This document shows positions 60,674-64,000 of a stretch of 64,000 nt of DNA, in pieces; position 1 is the first letter of the stretch, and each line of letters begins with the position of its first letter. The notes under the pieces are model-generated. The model was not told where the DNA came from. It searched no databases and was given only the letters and a program-made list of their open reading frames with translations. The position numbers and the translations under genes were made by a program. The stretch is from Balanoglossus misakiensis. Its lineage: Eukaryota > Animalia > Hemichordata. The DNA is taken from NCBI GenBank assembly GCA_040954595.2, contig CM082581.2, positions 12,460,286-12,524,285 on the forward strand, given 5' to 3'.

Positions 60674-61325
60674 GTAAGCCCACTCCTTTCGTTATGTGGA
60701 CCTGTTCATCTGGTTTTTGCTCGCTCCATATGCGTATAAGAACTATAAACTCAATGTGCCCTTTTCAAATGTGGAAGTCCGTTAAAAACGCCAACATAGG
60801 TGACATCCATTTATGCCTGCACAGCCACTCTGTACTCTGTGGAGTGACTGCGGTACCGACTGTGGTACCTCACATTGGCATAACTAGCTTGGTTGTTATC
60901 AGCGGTGTTGCTCTCTATACATAGCAGACCGTGCCGTTTATGTTTCCCTCTGCCCTCGGCCAACTACTATTGAGCGCTGCCCCGAATCAGGCAGGGCTGT
61001 CACGTTGTCCCCAATGGTCTAATCCTCTTGGCGGATACTCCGTCGTTCCACTTTGCCAAGGGACAGCAACCATACAGGTAAACGCGAAACATATAACACA
61101 TGGTACTCGGGGAGGGGGGAGGTCATTCCCATTGCTGGCCCACAACAGGTGTACGCTTCATTACTGTATGAGGTTGCTAGTGAATTGCATAAGGAACACC
61201 CGGGGCAAGAACCACTGTCATTTTTGCATTCAGTGACCGAGCAGCTACAACAGAATTGGCTATGGTAATCACATCTGTCATTTCTGTACAGATTTCGCGA
61301 TTGTTACTCTCGAAATTCCCCAGAG

Positions 61326-63830
61326 ATGGCGAGCAAACACAGGACAGCGTTGGATAAACAGGTTACTAAAAAGTACATGGACCTGGACCAAGGCAAGCGG
61401 ACACAAGCGATGTACATTTGGATCGACGGAAGCGGTGAACACTTGCGGTGCAAGACAAAAACGTTAGACGACGTGCCCAAGTCCGTAGAAGGTACATTGT
61501 ACTTTATTGAAATCTAAATTTGTGTGCGATATTTCCTGCCTTTGAAAGATTCAAAATGCTTGAATATCGTTATCGCTTAAAAAGTATGTCAACGATTGTT
61601 TTGTGATACGTTCCAATACAGTACAGGTACTAGGTTTTCACCATTACTTTCACCAAACAATAGTTGTTTTGTGGTGATATTTGATAACACATAAATTGAT
61701 TATGAATTATTACGAATATAAATACGTCAGATCTACCAAAGAATAAAACTTTTGTTTAACATTTCCTGTATCCGTTCATACCTGTCATCATATGACCATT
61801 ATTCAACACAATGAATTATTGCCTTGAATGAATATAATCAGATTTGTTTACCTGATTGACAGGACTTCTGACAGTCTTAACCAAGTCGACAAAGCGGCCG
61901 ATAACTTCTTTTCAATAAACCATCCGGTTTTTTGTTTCATTTTCCAAAATGAGAAAAAAACGTGCTTACCGTGTGCATGTAGATAATCGGTTGTTTCAGT
62001 TCTCTAATGTCGTCCAAACGACCTTTATATCTTTCTAGAATTGCCGATCTGGAACTTCGATGGCTCAAGCACGGGTCAGGCAGAAGGGTCAAACAGCGAC
62101 ATCTACCTTCATCCAGTGGCGATGTTTAACGATCCGTTCCGCCTTGGAAACAACAAACTAGTCTTGTGCGAAACCTTCAAATACGACAACAGACCAACAG
62201 GTATGTAGGGTTACCTCGACGATAATTAAGCTTTCGTGTTATTGTATACATTTCCTCTGTCTCAATCGATGGTGGATAAGTTCAACATGGTGTCTTCTAT
62301 AGTTTTCTCTACGCCCCTCGTGTAAATTGGAAAAATGTCCATGTGACAAATCTTCATGGTTTAACAATGCCCCAATAATATCTTGTCTTTGTCTCCCCAG
62401 AAACCAACCATCGTCAATCATGTGTTCGGGTCATGGATCGGGCGAAAGATGAACATCCTTGGTTTGGACTCGAACAGGAATACACCCTGCTTGGGCCGAA
62501 CAAACAACCCTTTGGCTGGCCCGAAGATGGCTTTCCTGGACCACAAGGTGAGATTTTCGATGTAAAGGCAACTTGTGGATTGGATTAACTGCGTTCGCCC
62601 AACCGCAGCCTTGATTGGCATTCTTTGATTGATTTCATGGTTTCATTCCCATCATTATGTCGGATAACAGAAAGAGCTGCTCTCACATTTTGGTTTCTAT
62701 TATTTCTATTACAGGACCGTATTACTGTGGCGTCGGCGCTGACAGAGTTTACGGCAGAGACATTGTAGAGGCGCATTACAGAGCGTGCCTTTACGCAGGT
62801 GTCAAGATCGCAGGCACCAACGCTGAAGTGATGCCCTCACAGTGGGAATTCCAGGTGGGTCCCTGCGAAGGAATCGAGATGGGAGATCACCTCTGGATTG
62901 CCCGGTTCCTTCTGCACCGGGTAGCCGAGGACTTCGGAGTGATAGTGTCGCTGGATCCCAAGCCGATCCCTGGCGATTGGAATGGCGCAGGCTGCCACAC
63001 GAATTACAGTACCCTTGCCATGAGAGAGGAAGGCGGTATCAAGTAAGTTTATTGGTCGATTCGGGTTGAATGAACAGGCATACATAACAGGTTACAGCAT
63101 AGATGGTGACGTACATGTAGGACCGGCGTTTGCACAATGTGCGGCTTACAAAGCAGGCTTGAATCATGCGTGCGAACTTACATTTGACATTCCGCGCAGT
63201 GCTTTCCTCATAGGACCGTCAAGCACAGGTAGTTTGACCGATACTCTGACCGTTTTTCCACAGACACATTGAAGACGCCATAGAGAAGTTCTCCAAAGTG
63301 CACAAGGAACACATCAAGGCCTACGACCCGAACGGAGGAGCCGACAACGCCCGCCGTCTGACGGGTCGTCACGAGACGGCTCACATCGACAGCTTCAGCG
63401 CTGGCGTTGCCAACCGAGGAGCAAGCATTCGCATCCCGCGACAGGTGAGTCGGCATAACGGTCAATTGCATTTGAAGAAACGCCCTACAATAGAACCACT
63501 CGTGACACAAAAAGGATAATAGCATCTCCCCACCTGCACAGGAAAGAATGGTCCAGTACTCCTATTGAGGTCCAAGTTTACAATTGAAAACAATGGCTTT
63601 GGACCAAACTATGATGCATTGCCCGCAGGACACATTCTTAACCCCGATCGTTCGATGTTTTAAACTATTATCGTGTTCGTATTTTTTTCAACTTATAGGT
63701 TGGTCAAGACGGAAAGGGCTACCTGGAAGATCGACGCCCCGCTTCAAACTGCGACCCCTACGTCGTGACGGAAGCCATCATCAGGACCACTGTCCTGGAC
63801 GAGCCAATAGTCTTGCCCGAATTCGACTGA
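61326..63830 (+). CDS. GLUL: Glutamine synthetase type II, ~371 aa; exons 61326-61491, 62039-62200, 62401-62547, 62715-63042, 63264-63444, 63699-63830
   Basis: Motifs [83 protein letters not shown] and [15 protein letters not shown]. Phases are consistent (1116 nt). Confidence 0.97.
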
Positions 63831-64000
63831 AGAGATTTTTAAACAGTGATGATGGAGAATTGGTCTTTGTAAAAGAAAATCAGGGTCTTAATATTTACAA
63901 AATTTAAAGGAGGTGCTTTTATCACAATATAACTCGCGATCCAAAATGTTTTTGTATTTTCAGGGGAATTTTAGATGAGTGTTTGAAGTCTTTGTTCATT

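Noticed and set aside
60931-61268. ORFs in GS intron 1 as a mitochondrial-targeting exon for GS
   Set aside because: The 61077 donor is out of frame with the 61292 and 61324 acceptors, and no in-frame upstream ATG was found.

Overview
Animal genomic DNA with GT-AG introns, probably an invertebrate deuterostome such as a hemichordate (inferred from protein similarity and intron style, not proven). The first ~12.5 kb is a homogeneous 87-bp AT-rich satellite with local higher-order repeats and a rearranged edge subfamily. Next come an 8-exon minus-strand gene for a secreted Trunk/PTTH/Noggin-like cystine-knot precursor, three intact tRNA-His(GUG) genes plus a relic (all in a conserved self-complementary cassette), and CCDC149 (11 exons, minus) with a long acidic tail carrying six NPF motifs. 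A 3-exon ADMP-like TGF-beta gene (plus) follows. The window ends with a head-to-head pair of opposing enzymes, glutaminase (16 exons, minus) and glutamine synthetase II (6 coding exons, plus), whose start codons are ~2.1 kb apart. All gene models were assembled by hand with consistent splice phases, and family calls come from recalled sequences rather than a database search. Best leads: the GLS/GS divergent pair with shared bZIP palindromes and several candidate GLS first exons, the Trunk-like ligand, the structured pre-tRNA-His cassette and the NPF tail of CCDC149.
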